From the human T2T-CHM13v2.0 reference genome, Homo sapiens: a stretch of 64,000 nt of DNA. Both the position numbers and the translations under genes were made by a program. The stretch is from the NCBI RefSeq assembly GCF_009914755.1, contig NC_060929.1; one strand, 5' to 3'. Shown in pieces: positions 1 through 12,555 of this stretch. How positions within the stretch are numbered: position 1 is the first letter of the stretch; every line of letters starts with the position of its first letter. The notes under the pieces were generated by a model that searched no databases, was not told the DNA's origin, and worked only from the letters and a program-made list of their open reading frames with translations.

Positions 1-95
1 ACATGTGAGCCTTTTCCTGTATTGGGAAACTGCTCTCAATGACATCCATGTGTTCTCTTAAGTTAACTAAGCACAAGTAATATTTTAAAGACGAG

Positions 96-430
96 TGTAT
101 TAGTCTGTTTTCACGCTGCTGATAAAGACATACCCGAGACTGGGAAGAAAGAGGTTTAACTGGACTTACAGTTCCACATGGCTGGAGAGGCCTCAGAAAG
201 GCATTTCTTACATCGTGGCAGCAAGAGAAAAATGAGGAGAAAGCAAAAGCGGAAACCCCTGATAAACCCAACAGATTTCATGAGACTTATTCACTACCGT
301 GAAAATAGCATGGGAAAGACTGGCCCCTATGACTCAATTACCTCCCCCTGGGTCCCTCCCACAATACATGGGAATTCTGGGAGATACAATTCAAGTTGAG
401 ATTGGGTGGGGACACAGCCAAACCATATCA
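96..430 (-). mobile_element. THE1-family MaLR solo LTR
   Basis: Starts TGTATTAGTCTGTTTTCACGCTGCTGATAAAGACATACCCGAGACTGGG and ends GGGGACACAGCCAAACCATATCA, the reverse complement of THE1 termini. 5-bp TSD ACGAG/ACAAG. Confidence 0.9.
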
Positions 431-544
431 ACAAGACAATCCACTCCTGTCCCCACAAAGTTAATTAAAAGGTAACAATGCCCACCGCTTATACAAGTGA
501 TAAGATTTGGGCTCTAAATAAGTCTGTAAGAGACTTACAAAAGG

Positions 545-770
545 TGGCATAGCATAGCAGTGGAGCAAATAGCCAGCTAGGATTCCTAAGAAATAGATTT
601 TACTTGTTCTGTGCTCTTGGGTAAGTCATTTGACTACTACAATATCTTCAATTGCAGAAAGGAGGAAATGGGACAAATGTCACAACACTATTGTGACAAT
701 TAAGGAGATACACAAAAAATACTATGAGGAGGACAGTGTTCAGCACATATAGGCATTCGATTAGTATGGG
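545..770 (+). mobile_element. MIR SINE, degenerate
   Basis: MIR core-like TTGGGTAAGTCATTTGAC...ATTGTGACAATTAAGGAGATA...CAGCACATATAGGCATTC. Boundaries approximate. Confidence 0.5.
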
Positions 771-929
771 TTGATTTTATTTCTAGGCCCCAGACATTCT
801 GACACCCAATTAGTATTTTCACTTGAGATAGTTAGCTATAGCCTTTCAGATGATGGTTATGATGGCTTCTTCGACTAGTCCCTCTGCTTCCAGTCCATCC
901 CTGAAGATCACATGCTCAGAAGTTAAGAG

Positions 930-2150
930 AAGGATATTAAAAGAATAATAATTATATGTCAAAATCTATAGGAAATGGTTAAAACAATATTTGGAAAAAA
1001 ATTTAGAGCTTTACTTGTCTTTATTCTTAATAAAATAAAAGAACATTCACTATGTTCCCACATCATATAAGATAAGAAAATTAGTTTTTGAAAAACTACA
1101 GAAGAATTGGAAACTATAAACATGATAAAATAAACAAGGTGATTACATAACAGAGAAAACTAAAACAAGTAATTAATATAACCAAAGATTACTACTTGAA
1201 AAAGACTAAGAAATGTCCAAAAAACAGCAAAATCTAATTTAAAAAACTAATAAAAATATAAATAAGACAGAAAATAGAGCAACAGGATAATAGAAAAATT
1301 GTACGAAGAAACATTTGGCACAGTTAAATGCTAATATATTTTAAATTCTGTGTGAAATATATTATTTTCTCAAAGCAAGGGAATTAACATTTACTAGCTA
1401 CTGACTTTGTCTCAGTGCTGAGTGCTTTATACACATCCTTTTTTTGTTGGTATAATAAGCCATTTTATAAATATTTTTCCTCCTTTTATAGCAGAAACTG
1501 AAGCTTACAGAGATGAAGGTGTATGTCCAAGGTCACCCAGCTACTAAGAGGTGCAGCTGGAATTTAAATTCAGATCTACAAGGCCTATGCTATTTTTATT
1601 TTTCCAAGTGAAAACCCTAAAAATATAAAACATCAGAATGGTCATAAAAGGAAGAGGAAATTTGAATATACAGCACTAAAAAGTGTTCATACACCATTAT
1701 TAAAATAAGACTTGAACATTCTTGTTTAGATCAAAATTTCTCCAAACTTTCAAATAGCAAAAAGTAACCTAACTACCCATTTCATTTCTTGAAAGAGAAA
1801 ATAATAGCAAATTTCCTACTACGAAAGAAAAAAGTGGTCTTAATCCTAATTGTTATTAAAGTATGAACACACACACAACTATAGTGAGCTTTCCTCTTAT
1901 AGATACAAAGATTTTAATAAAAATAAAAAATTGAATAAAGCAATCAAATAAAACTTATTCCATGCTACAAGAATACGGCATGCTGTAAGAATACAATATA
2001 TTCTATTTCTTTCTAAAAGGAAAACATACTCTGTTTAATCTTTCTATTTCGAAAGCTTATTCATGACAAAATCACATCAACAAAAGCAATAAGTCACTTG
2101 AAAGAATCTGGGGCCCATTTCTAATGTTTTGAAGGTTTAAAAATAGGAAG
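930..2150 (+). mobile_element. Very old L1 (L1ME-like) ORF2 fragments, interrupted by a MIR
   Basis: A-rich sequence with degenerate L1 ORF2-like words. Appears to resume after ~11336. Confidence 0.45.
1385..1592 (-). mobile_element. MIR SINE
   Basis: TTTTATAGCAGAAACTGAAGCTTACAGAG...CCAAGGTCACCCAGCTACTAAGAGGTGCAGCTGGAATTTAAATTCAG matches antisense MIR. Confidence 0.7.
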
Positions 2151-3287
2151 GCAACATGACAGCATGAGGAGCTTCACAGATCTGCAACATCAGAAGCTAA
2201 GCACTGTGGGGAAGAGAAATAGACTTCACTAAAATAATCCAGCTAGTCACTAAGCAAATAGTAATAAAAAGCCACAAGGGAGGAAGATTAGAATCCATAG
2301 TTTCTACAATATATTATCTAAAATATTTAGTTTCCAACCCAACTGCAAAAACATACAAAGAAACATGAAAATAAAACATATACTGGAGGAAGAAAGAGGG
2401 CAGAAGAAACTGCCTGTGATAGCAACCAGATATCAGATTTAACAAAGTATTCAAAGTAGCCATTAGAAATATGTCCAAAAAAACCTAAAGAAAATTATAA
2501 TTATAGAAATAAAGAAGGATATAATGACAACTGCTCATCAAATAGAAAAATATCAGTATTGATAAGGTCATAGAAATTTTTAAAAAAGAAACCAATGGAA
2601 ATTCTGAAGCTGAAGGTACAACAATGGAAATAAAAGATTCACTAGAGGAGCTCAACAGTAGATTTGAACTGGCAGAATAAAGACTTAGCCTACATGAAGA
2701 TAAACCTATAGAGATGATACAATCCAAAGAACAGAAAGCAAAAAGAATAAAGAAAGAACAGAGCCTCAGAGAAATTTAGGCATTATTAAGTACACAAACC
2801 TACATGTAGAATGAGTAGGATAAATGTGAGATCTACAGATACAGCACTGTCAAAATAGTGAAAGTCATAGACAAGGAGAAAATCTTGAGAGCATTAAGAA
2901 AAGAATGACTCATCACTTAAAAGGAACCCAAATACAATTTGCAGATCACTTCTCACCAGAAACAAAGGAGACTAGAAGACAGTAGAATAACATATTCAAA
3001 GTGCTCAAAAAAAGGCTGCTGACCAACCAAGAATCCTATTTCATAAAAGCTATATTTCAAAATTCTAAGTACAATGAAGAATTTTCCAAATAATCAAAAA
3101 CAGAGAAAAATTGCTGCTTGCAGCCATTTTACATGCAATAATAAAAGAAGTTCTCAGGCTGAAAGCAAGCAACCCTGGACAGTAATTCAAATCCACACAA
3201 AAAGAGATCATCAGTAAAGGTAATTATATAAGAGATAGTATAAATTCATATTTCTTCTTCTTCTCTTAACTGATTTAAAAGCAATTG

Positions 3288-4781
3288 ACTGTGTTGTCTA
3301 TGATTTCTTTCAGCAGAGTTTTATAGTTTTCCTTGTAGAGACCTTTCACATCCTTGGTTAGGTATATTCCTAAGTATTTTATTTTATTTTTATTTTTTGG
3401 CAGCTATAGTGAAAGAGGTTGTTTTTTATTTGATTCTCAGCTTGGTTGCTGTTGGTGTATAGCAGAGCTACTGATTTGTGTACATTAATTTTGTATCCTG
3501 AAATTTTGCTGAATTCATTTATCAGTTCTAGTAGCTTTTTGGGTGAGCCTTTAGGATTTTCTAGGTATACAATCATATCATCAGCAAACAGTGACAGTCT
3601 GACTTCTCTTTACCAATTTGGATGCCTTTTATTTCTTTCTCTTTTCTGATTGTCCTGACTAGGACTTCCAGTAGTATGTTGAATAGCAGTGGTAATAGTG
3701 GGCATCTTTGTCTTATTCCAGTTCTCAGGGGGAATGCTTTCCACTTTTCCCCATTCAGTATAGTGTTGACTGTGGGTTTGTTGTAGACAGCTTTTATTAC
3801 CTTGAAGTTTGTCCCTTCTGTGCCGATTTTGCTGAGGGTTTTAATCATAAAGCGATGCTGGATTTCATCAAATGCTTTTTCTGCATCTGTTGAGATGATC
3901 ATGTGATTTTTTGTTTTTAAATTCTATTTATGTGGTGTATTACATTTACTGAGCTACATACGTTAAACCATCCCTACATTCCTGGTATGCAACACACTTG
4001 ATCATGGTGTATTATCTTTTTGATATGCTGTTGGATTCAGTTTACTAGTATTTTGTTGAGGATTTTTGCATCTGTGTTCATCAGGGACATTGGTCTGTAG
4101 TTTTCTTTTTTTGTTATGTCCTTCCCTGATTTTGGTATTAAGGTGATACTGGTTTCATTGACTGATTTAGGGAGGATTCCCTCTTTATCTTTTGGAATAG
4201 TGTCAATAAGATTAGTACCAATTATTTGAATGTCTGATAGAATTCAGCAGTGAATCCATCTAGTCCTGGAGTTTTTTTTTTTGTTGGCAATTTTTTTTAT
4301 TACCATTTCAATCTTGCTGCTTGTTATTGGTCTGTTTGAAGATTCTAGATCTTCCTGGTTTAAGCTAGGAAGGTTGCATATTGTCAGGAATGTATCTATC
4401 TCCTCTAGGTTTTCTAGTTTATGCACATAAAGGTGTTCAGAGTAGCCTTGAATAATCTTCTGTATTTCTGTGGTATCAGTTGTAATATCTCCCATTTAAT
4501 TTCTAATTGAGCCTATTTGGATCGTCTCTCTTATTTTATTGATTAACCTATCAATTTTATTTATATTTTCAAAGAACCAACTTTTTGTTTCATTATTCTT
4601 GTATTTTTTTTGTTTCCATTTAATTTAGTTCTGCTCTGATCTTTGTTATTTCTTTCCTTCTGCTGGGTTTGGTTTGGATTGTTCTTGTTTCTCCAGTTCT
4701 GTGAGGTGTGACTTTAGTTTGTCTATTTGTGCCCTTTCAGACTTTTTGATGTAGGCATTTAATGCTATGAATTTTCCTCTT
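3288..4781 (-). mobile_element. L1PB1-like element, inverted 5' segment (ORF2 linker/RT region)
   Basis: Minus-strand ORFs 3573-3902 ([11 protein letters not shown]...), 3379-3576 (MIVYLENPK...) and 4244-4495 ([14 protein letters not shown]) are L1 ORF2 pieces. Confidence 0.92.
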
Positions 4782-6886
4782 GAATGGGTAGAATCAATAT
4801 TGTGAAAATGGCCATAGAGTCAAAAGCAATCTGCAAATTCAATGCAATTTTCATCAAAATACTACCATCATTCTTCATAGATCTAGAAAAAGCAATCCTA
4901 AAATTCATATGGAACCAAAAAAAAAGGGCCCACATAGCCAAAGGGAGACTAAGTAAAAAGAATAAATCTGGAGGCATCACATTACTCGACTTCAAACAAT
5001 ACTATAAGGCCATTGTCACCAAAATAGCATGGTGCTGGCATGAAAATAGGCACATAGACCAATGGAACAGAATGTAGAAACCAGAAATAAACCCAGATAC
5101 TTAAAGCCAACTGATCTCCAACAAAGCAAACAAAAACATAAAGTGTGGAAAGGACACCCTATTTAACACATGGTGCTGGGATAATTGGCAAGCCACATGT
5201 AGAAGAATAAAACTGGATCCTCATCTGTCACCTTACACAAAAAGCAACTCAAGATGAATCAAAGACTTAACTCTGAGACCTGAAACCATAAAGATTGTAG
5301 AAGATAACATCAAAAAAAACCCCTTCTAGACATTGGCTTAGGCTAAGACTTCATGACCAATACCCCAAAAGCAAATACAACAAAAACAAAGGTAAATAGA
5401 TAGGACTTAATTAAACTAAAAAGCTTTTGCACAGCAAAAGAAACAGCAAAGTTAACAGAAAATCCACAGAGTGGGAGAAAATCTTCACAATCTATACATC
5501 TGACAAATGACTAATATCCAGAAAGGACTCAAACAAATCAGCAAGAAAAAAAAACAAACAATCCCATAAAAAAGTGGGCTAAGGACATGAATAGGCAATC
5601 CTCAAAAGAAGATACACAAATGACCAACAAGCATGTGGAAAAATTCTCAGCATCTCTAATAATCAGGGAATTGCAAATCAAAACCACAATGCAATACTCC
5701 TCACTCCTGCAAGAATGGCAATAATAATAATGATAATAATAATAAAAGAGGTTAGCATGGATGTGGTGAAAAGGGAACACTTTTACACTGTTGGTGGGAC
5801 TGTAAACTAGTACAACCACTATGGAATACAGTGTGGAGATACCTTAAAAAACTAAAAATAGATCTACCACTTGATCCAGCAATCCCACTAAGTTATCTAC
5901 CCAGAAAAAAAAGAAGTCATTATACAACAAAGATACTTGCACATGCACGTTTATAGCAGCACAATTTGCAACTCCAAAAATACGGAACCAGCCCAAATGC
6001 CCATCAGTCAACAAATGGATAAATAAAATTGGTTATATATATATATATAACAATTTATATATATATATAACAATTTATATATATATAACAATTTATATAT
6101 ATGGTGTTATATATATATAACTAGTTATATATATAACATGTTATATATATATATAACTAGTTATATATATATAGAACATGTTATATATATAACTAGTTAT
6201 ATATATATATAACTAGTTATATATATATATAACATGTTCTATATATATATAACTAGTTATATATATATAACATGTTATATATATATATAACATGTTATAT
6301 ATATATAACATGTTATATATATATAACTAGTTATATATATATAACATGTTATATATATATATAACACCATATATATAAATTGTTATATATATATAAATTG
6401 TTATATATATATATAAATTGTTATATATATATATATAACATGTTATATATATATATAAATTGTTATATATATATATATAACATGTTATATATATATACAT
6501 ACACACACACACACCATGGACTACTACTCAGCCATAAAAAGGAATGAAACAATGGTGGTTGCAGCAACCTGGATGGAATTGGAAACTATTATTCTAAATG
6601 AAGTAACTCAGGAATGGAAAACCAAACGTTATATGTTCTCACTCATAAGTGGGAGCTAAGCTATGAGGATCCAAAGGCATAAGAATGACACATTGAGCTT
6701 TGGGGACACAGGGGAAAGGTTGGGGTGCAGCAAGGGATAAAAGACTGCACATTGGCTACAGTGTACACTGCTTGGGTGATGGGTGCACCAAAATCTCAGA
6801 AATCACCACTAACAAACTTATTCATGTAACTAAACACCACCTGTTCCCCAAAAACTTATTGAAATAAAAAAATTAAAAATGTGAAA
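4782..6886 (+). mobile_element. L1PB1-like element, sense 3' segment with 3' UTR and A tail
   Basis: [12 protein letters not shown]2 piece at 4784. 3' UTR GGGATAAAAGACTGCACATTGG...CACCACCTGTTCCCCAAAAACTTATTGAAATAAAAA. TSD AAAAGCAATTG at 3277-3287 and 6887-6897. Confidence 0.92.
6033..6497. repeat. (TA)n-based minisatellite forming a long imperfect palindrome
   Basis: (TA)n spacers separate 8-mers AACAATTT, ATGGTGTT, AACTAGTT, AACATGTT, AACACCAT and AAATTGTT arranged in inverted symmetry. Confidence 0.95.
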
Positions 6887-7107
6887 AAAAGCAATTGTAT
6901 AAAACAATGTGGGTAGCATGTATAAGTTTGGCCTATAACTTATAGAAATATGATACATTTACCTATAAAGACCACAAAGGAAGTAGATGGAATCAAAGTT
7001 GTATCGAGTTAAGGGAATGACTGCACATGTTAACTTGAATCCATAAGAACAGTTGAAGAGAAGCAGAAATGATAAATAAGAAGGTTAATATAAGAAAAGT
7101 TATAAAT

Positions 7108-7330
7108 CAGGGGTGTCCAATCTTTTTGCTTCCCTGGGCCACACTGGAATAAGAAGAATTGTCTCAGGCCACACATACAATACATTAACACTAATGATAA
7201 CTGATGAGCTTTAAAAAATTGCAAAAAAAAAATCTCATAATGTTTAAAGAAAGTTTACTAATTTGTTGGGCGTAATTCAAAGCCATCCTGGGCCACATGT
7301 GTCTTGCGAGCTGCAGGTTGGACAAACTTG
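7108..7330 (+). mobile_element. MER30 hAT-Charlie MITE
   Basis: CAGGGGTGTCCAATCTTTTTGCTTCCCTGGGCCACA...GGTTGGACAAACTTG. 8-bp TSD TTATAAAT/CTACAAAT. Confidence 0.9.
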
Positions 7331-10063
7331 CTACAAATATACACCTCTCTCTTTTCAGCTTCTTTAAAACACACAAAGTTATATAAATTAATAATTATAA
7401 AAATATACTGTTGGGCTTGTTACATTTATAGATGTAATATCTATAACAATAATACCACAAGGAGAAGGAAAGGTAAATAGAACTATATAGAAGTAACATT
7501 TCTATATCTCACTGGAATTAAACTACTTATAAATCTGAAGTTGTTTCTGATAAGATGTATATGATAAGCTCTAAAGCAACCACCAAGGAAATAATAAAAT
7601 GCATGTAGAGTCATTAAAGCTATTTAAATGGTACATTAGAAAATATTCACTCAATGTAAAATAAACCTGTGAAGAAAATATAGAAGAACAAAAACAACAT
7701 GAGTCATACAGAGGACAAAATTTAAAATGGCAGACATAATCCAAGTATATTAATGATAGCATTAAATGTGGATGCATTAAACAATCCAACCAAATCAAAA
7801 GGAAGATGTTGTCAGACTGGGTTTTAAAAATAAGACCTATAATACACTGTCTACAGAAGACACACTTTAGATTTAATGATATAAATAGATTGAAAGTAAA
7901 AGGATGAAAAAAAGATATATCATGCAAACAGAAATCACCAGAAAGCTAAAGTGGCTATATTGATATCAGACTAAATAAACTTGAAAACATAAAAATGTGT
8001 TTTTTTTGTAATTGGAAGTAATGAGAGATGTTTTATAAAAATAAAAGAATCAACCCATCAGGAAGAATTGTAAATCTATATATTTACAAGTATAAATGAA
8101 TGCAACTAATAATAGCACCCAAATACATGAAGCAAAAGCTGACAAGAATGAAGAGAGAAATACACAACTCAACTATAATAGTTGTAGACTTTAATATCCC
8201 GTTTTAAAAATTGACTATAACAACTAGGCTGAAGATCAACAAAGAAACAGACTTGAAATACACTATTAACTAGCTAGACCTAATAGCTATTTATAGGACA
8301 CCCAACAAATTAGGAGTATATATTCTTCTTGAGTGCACATGTAACATTCTCCATGATAGATTATATGCCAGGACATAAAATAGACCTCAATAAATTTAAA
8401 GAATATAAATAATACAGAATATGTTCTCTGACTATAATTGGGAAAAATGTAGAAATTAATAGCATGGTCCTAAATCAGTAATGGACCAATGAATAAACCA
8501 AAAGGGAAATCATAAAATACTTTAAGATGAATGACAATTAAGATACAATATACCAAAGCTTACAAGATGTAGCTAAAGTAGTTTTAAAAGGGAAAAATAG
8601 CTGTTAATCCTTACATTAAAGCAAAAGAATAATCTCAATTCAGTAACCCAACCTTCCATCTTATGGCACTGGAAAAAGAAGAGCAAACTAAACCTATAGC
8701 CAGCAGAAGTAAGGAAATAATAAACATTAGAGTAGAAATTAATGAAATTGAGACTATATAAACAATAGAGAAAATCGATGAAACCAAAAGCTCGTTCTGT
8801 GAAGTGACTGACAAAATTGATAAACCTTTAGCATTTATTGGCCAAGAAAAAGAAGAGAGAAGGCTCGAAGTACTAGAATCAGAAATGAAAGAAGGGACAT
8901 TACTACCTCCCTTACAGAAATAAAAAGGGTTATAGAGAAATACTATGATTACTTGCGTGCCAATAAAATAATTTAGATGAAATAGACAAATTTCTGGAAA
9001 GACACAAACTACCAAAACTGACTCACAAATAAATAGGCAATAAACCTCACCAAAATCTCACCTAACTTCTTTGTAGAAATTAAGCTGATTCCAAAATTCA
9101 TATAAAATTGTGATGAATCCAGGATATTAAAACAATATTGAAACATAACAAAGTAAGAGGATGTATACTACCTTATTTAAACGCTTAGTAGAAAACAGTA
9201 ATAATCAAGGAAGTATGATACTGGCATAAGGATAAACATACAGATCAGTAGAATAGAATTGAACACAGGAAATAAGCTCTTGTCTGTGATTTTAGACATG
9301 GGTGCCAAAGCCATTCAGTGCAGGAAGGAATAGTCTTTCAACAAATAGTATTGGGACAACTGGATAGCCAAATGCAAAGAAATAAAGCTGGACTCCTACC
9401 TCCTACCATATACAAAAATTAACTCAAAATGGATTAAAGGCCTACATTTAAGAACTTAAATTATCATAAAACTCTTAGAAGAAAAAATAAGGGTAAATCT
9501 TTATGACCTCAGATTTGATAATAGATTTTTTAAAGATGACACTAAAATTACAAGCAGCAGAAGAAAACGTAGATAAGTTGGACTTCATCAAAATTCAAAC
9601 TTTTGTGGTGCAAAGTACAGTATCAAGAAAGCAAAAAGGCAACACACAAAATTGGAGACAATATTTGCAAGTCAGTATCTGATTAGAAACTTGTATTCAA
9701 AATACATAAAGAAGTCTTACAACTCAATAAAGAAGACAAATAGAGCAATTTAAAAGTGAACAAAGGACCTGAACAGACACTTCTTAAAGGAAGATTTATA
9801 AATGTTTCATAAGCACACAAAAAGATAATTGACATTAGTCATCAAGGAAATGTGAATCAAAACCACAGTGAAATCGCATTTCACACTCACTAAGATGGCT
9901 ACAATCAAAATGTCAGATCATAACAAGTGTGGGTGAAGATGTGGAGAAATGGAACCTTGATACACTGTCAGTGGTGCAGCCACTGTGAAAAATAGTGTGG
10001 GAGTTGCTAAGACAATTTATCATAGAGTTACCTTATGACCCAGTAATTCCACTCTTAGGTGTA

Positions 10064-10416
10064 CAGTCATATGCCACATAATAATGTTTTGGTCAATGAT
10101 GGACCACTTATACAGGGGTTCCCCCATAAGATTATAATGCCATATTTTTACTATACCATTTCTATGTTTAGATACATTTATTATTAAGATACAGAAACGC
10201 TTACCATGGTGTTAAATTGCATAGAGTACTCAGTATTATAACATGCTGCACAGCTTTGTAGCCTAGGAGCAATAGGCTATATCACAGAGCCTAGGGGTGT
10301 GTCGGCTATACCATCTAGGTTTCTGTAAGTGTCCTCTATGATGTTCCCACAATAACAAAATTGCCCAAAGATGCATTTCTCAGAACACATCCCCATCATT
10401 AAGAGATGCATGACTG
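10064..10416 (+). mobile_element. Tigger3a (MER7) Tc1/mariner-type MITE
   Basis: TA then CAGTCATATGCCACATAA...TTAAGAGATGCATGACTG terminal inverted repeats. Internal GCCTAGGAGCAATAGGCTATA. Confidence 0.88.
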
Positions 10417-10862
10417 AATAGGAGAATGCAAACATATGTCCACACAAAAGTTTGTACAGTTGGTAGCTGAATGATTCATAATAGCCAAAAGGTGGAAACA
10501 GTTCAAATATCCATCAACTGATGAATGGATAAACAAAATGTGTTATCTTCATACACAGGATATTATTAGGCCATGAAAAAGAATGAAGTACTATACATGC
10601 TACATGAATGAATCTTGAAAACATGCGAAGGTAAAAGAAGTCAGTCAAAAAATACCACATTCTATAAGTACATGAAATGTCCAGAATAGGCAAATTCATG
10701 GATACAGAAAGTAGAGTAGTGGAGGTTCAGGGTTGAAGTAGATACGGAGGATGGGAGGTGGTGATAGCTTAAGGGTTGGGGCTTCTTTTTGAGGTAATAA
10801 AATTGTTCTAAAATCAACTTTAATGATGGTAACATGTATCTATAAACACACTAAAAACCATC

Positions 10863-11265
10863 TGTATTACTGTGTTAAGCCTGCTGTAACAAAATACCAC
10901 AGACCGTATGGCTTAATCAACAGAAATTTATCTTTCACAGTTCTGAAGGCTGGAAGTCCAAAATCAAGGTGCTGGCAAGGTTGGGGCTCCTCTGAGGCCT
11001 CTCTTCTGGACTTGCAGCTGGCCACCTTCTTGACACTTTGTTTTCATATAGTCATCCCTTTGTGCACATGGGTAACTGGTGTCACTTTCTCTTATTAGAA
11101 GGACAACAGTCATATTAGATCAGGGTCCCACCCTACTGACCTTACTTTAACCTAATCACCTCTTGATAGACTTTATCTCCAAATATGGTTACATTCTGAG
11201 GTACTAGGGGTTGGAACTGCAACACAAGAATTTGGGAGGGGGGGGTCATGATTCAACTAATAACA
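10863..11265 (-). mobile_element. MLT1 (MLT1A/B-like) MaLR solo LTR inserted in the L1 3' UTR
   Basis: TGTATT...CTGCTGTAACAAAATACCACAGA...AATAACA. TSD CCATC/CCATT. The L1 3' UTR resumes immediately after. Confidence 0.85.
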
Positions 11266-11602
11266 CCATTGAATTGTACAATTTAAATGGGAGAATTGTA
11301 TGATCTGTGAGTTATATCTCAATAAAGCTGTTTAAGAATAGTTTCAGAATATTCTCTTAACACAATAACAAACTTTTACTAAAAACCGAAATTAAACTCA
11401 GAGATGCATCAGTCATTCTCCTTAAAAACAAAACCCTGATATTATAAAACATTTGTAATGAAGAATATATGGATAGCAGACAGATACAGGAGAAGAAAGA
11501 GATAATCACAAACTCTTGGAGAAAAAGTAAACTGCAAGAAAGATGAAATTGACATAATATTACAGTTGGCCCTACAGACTGTCACATTAAGTCATCATAT
11601 AG

Positions 11603-12555
11603 ATCCATTCATGTATCCAGTTTTTTGAGCAGCTACTATATGCTAGGCTGATGTGTGGCATACTTTGGTAAACAAAACGAAGATTCTGCTTTCATACAGC
11701 TTGTATTCCGCTAAGAGTAGGGATACGGACAATAAACTGAAGACATATTTAAGTAAATTCAGTAGGTTAGAAGGTGGTATGGTTTGGCTCTGTGTCCCCA
11801 CCCAAATCTCATCTCAAATTGTAATCCTCAAGTGTCAAGGGAGGAAGATGATTGGATTATGGTGGTGGTTTCCCCATGCTTTTTTCATGATAGTGAATGA
11901 GTTCTCCTGAGATTTGATGGTTTTATATGTGTTTGGAAGTTCTTCCTTCCTTTTTTTGAAGGTGCCTGCTTCACCTTTCCCCATGAGGAACTCTGAGTCA
12001 AATAAACCTCCTTTGCTCATAAATTACCCAGTCTTGGATAGTATAGTATCTTCGTAGCAGTGTGAAAATAAACTAATACAAAAGGCAGCAAGTGCTATTG
12101 GAAAAAAAAAAAAAAAGGCTTAACAGACTGAGAGACAGGAGGACTGTCTGAGAGTCCACCTGAGAGAGAGTAAGGGTGTTGGCCTTATAGATATCTGGGA
12201 GAAGAGTATTTCATTCTGATGCTACAGCTTCTGTAGAGGCCCTAAGGGAAGAGTATGACTGAACTCCTTAACAAATAGCAAGAAAACAAACAGGACTGAA
12301 AGGATGTGGGCAAAGGGGAGAGTGGGAGAAGAGACTATATTAGATTGCAATGAGAGCCAGAGCATGCAGGCCCTGAATGACGTTGTAAGGACTTGGCCTT
12401 TTCCTATGGGTGAGATGAAGAGCCATTGCAAGGTTATGATTAGAGAAGTACAAGATCTTCCTTGCATTTTATAAGAAGCCCTGTGGCTACTGTGTTGAGA
12501 CTAGAATGTTGAGAGACAAGGGTAGAAGCAGGGAGACTTTTAGGGGCTATTGTAT
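11603..12555 (-). mobile_element. L2 LINE 3' region, interrupted by an MST LTR
   Basis: Antisense L2 words: GATATCTGGGAGAAGAG, GAGCCATTGCAAGGTTAT, GGCTACTGTGTTGAGA, GAAGCAGGGAGAC. Confidence 0.75.
11775..12080 (+). mobile_element. MSTA/THE1-type MaLR solo LTR
   Basis: TGGTATGGTTTGGCTCTGTGTCCCCACCCAAATCTCATC...AACTAATACA. TSD GAAGG/AAAGG. Confidence 0.88.

Larger units (their letters stand above)
2150..11335 (+). mobile_element. Old mammalian L1 (L1MB/L1ME1-like), long copy interrupted by L1PB1, MER30, Tigger3a and MLT1
   Basis: ORF1-like region ~2400-3200; endonuclease-like region from ~7740 (ATTAAATGTGGATGCATTAAAC...CTGTCTACAGAAGACACACTTTAG); ORF2 C-terminus 9060-10060; 3' end GTGAGTTATATCTCAATAAAGCTGTTTAA. 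Confidence 0.8.

Noticed and set aside
6033-6497. Repeat-spacer appearance suggesting a CRISPR-like array
   Set aside because: Units are (TA)n plus a few recurring 8-mers, with no unique spacers, in a eukaryotic L1 context.
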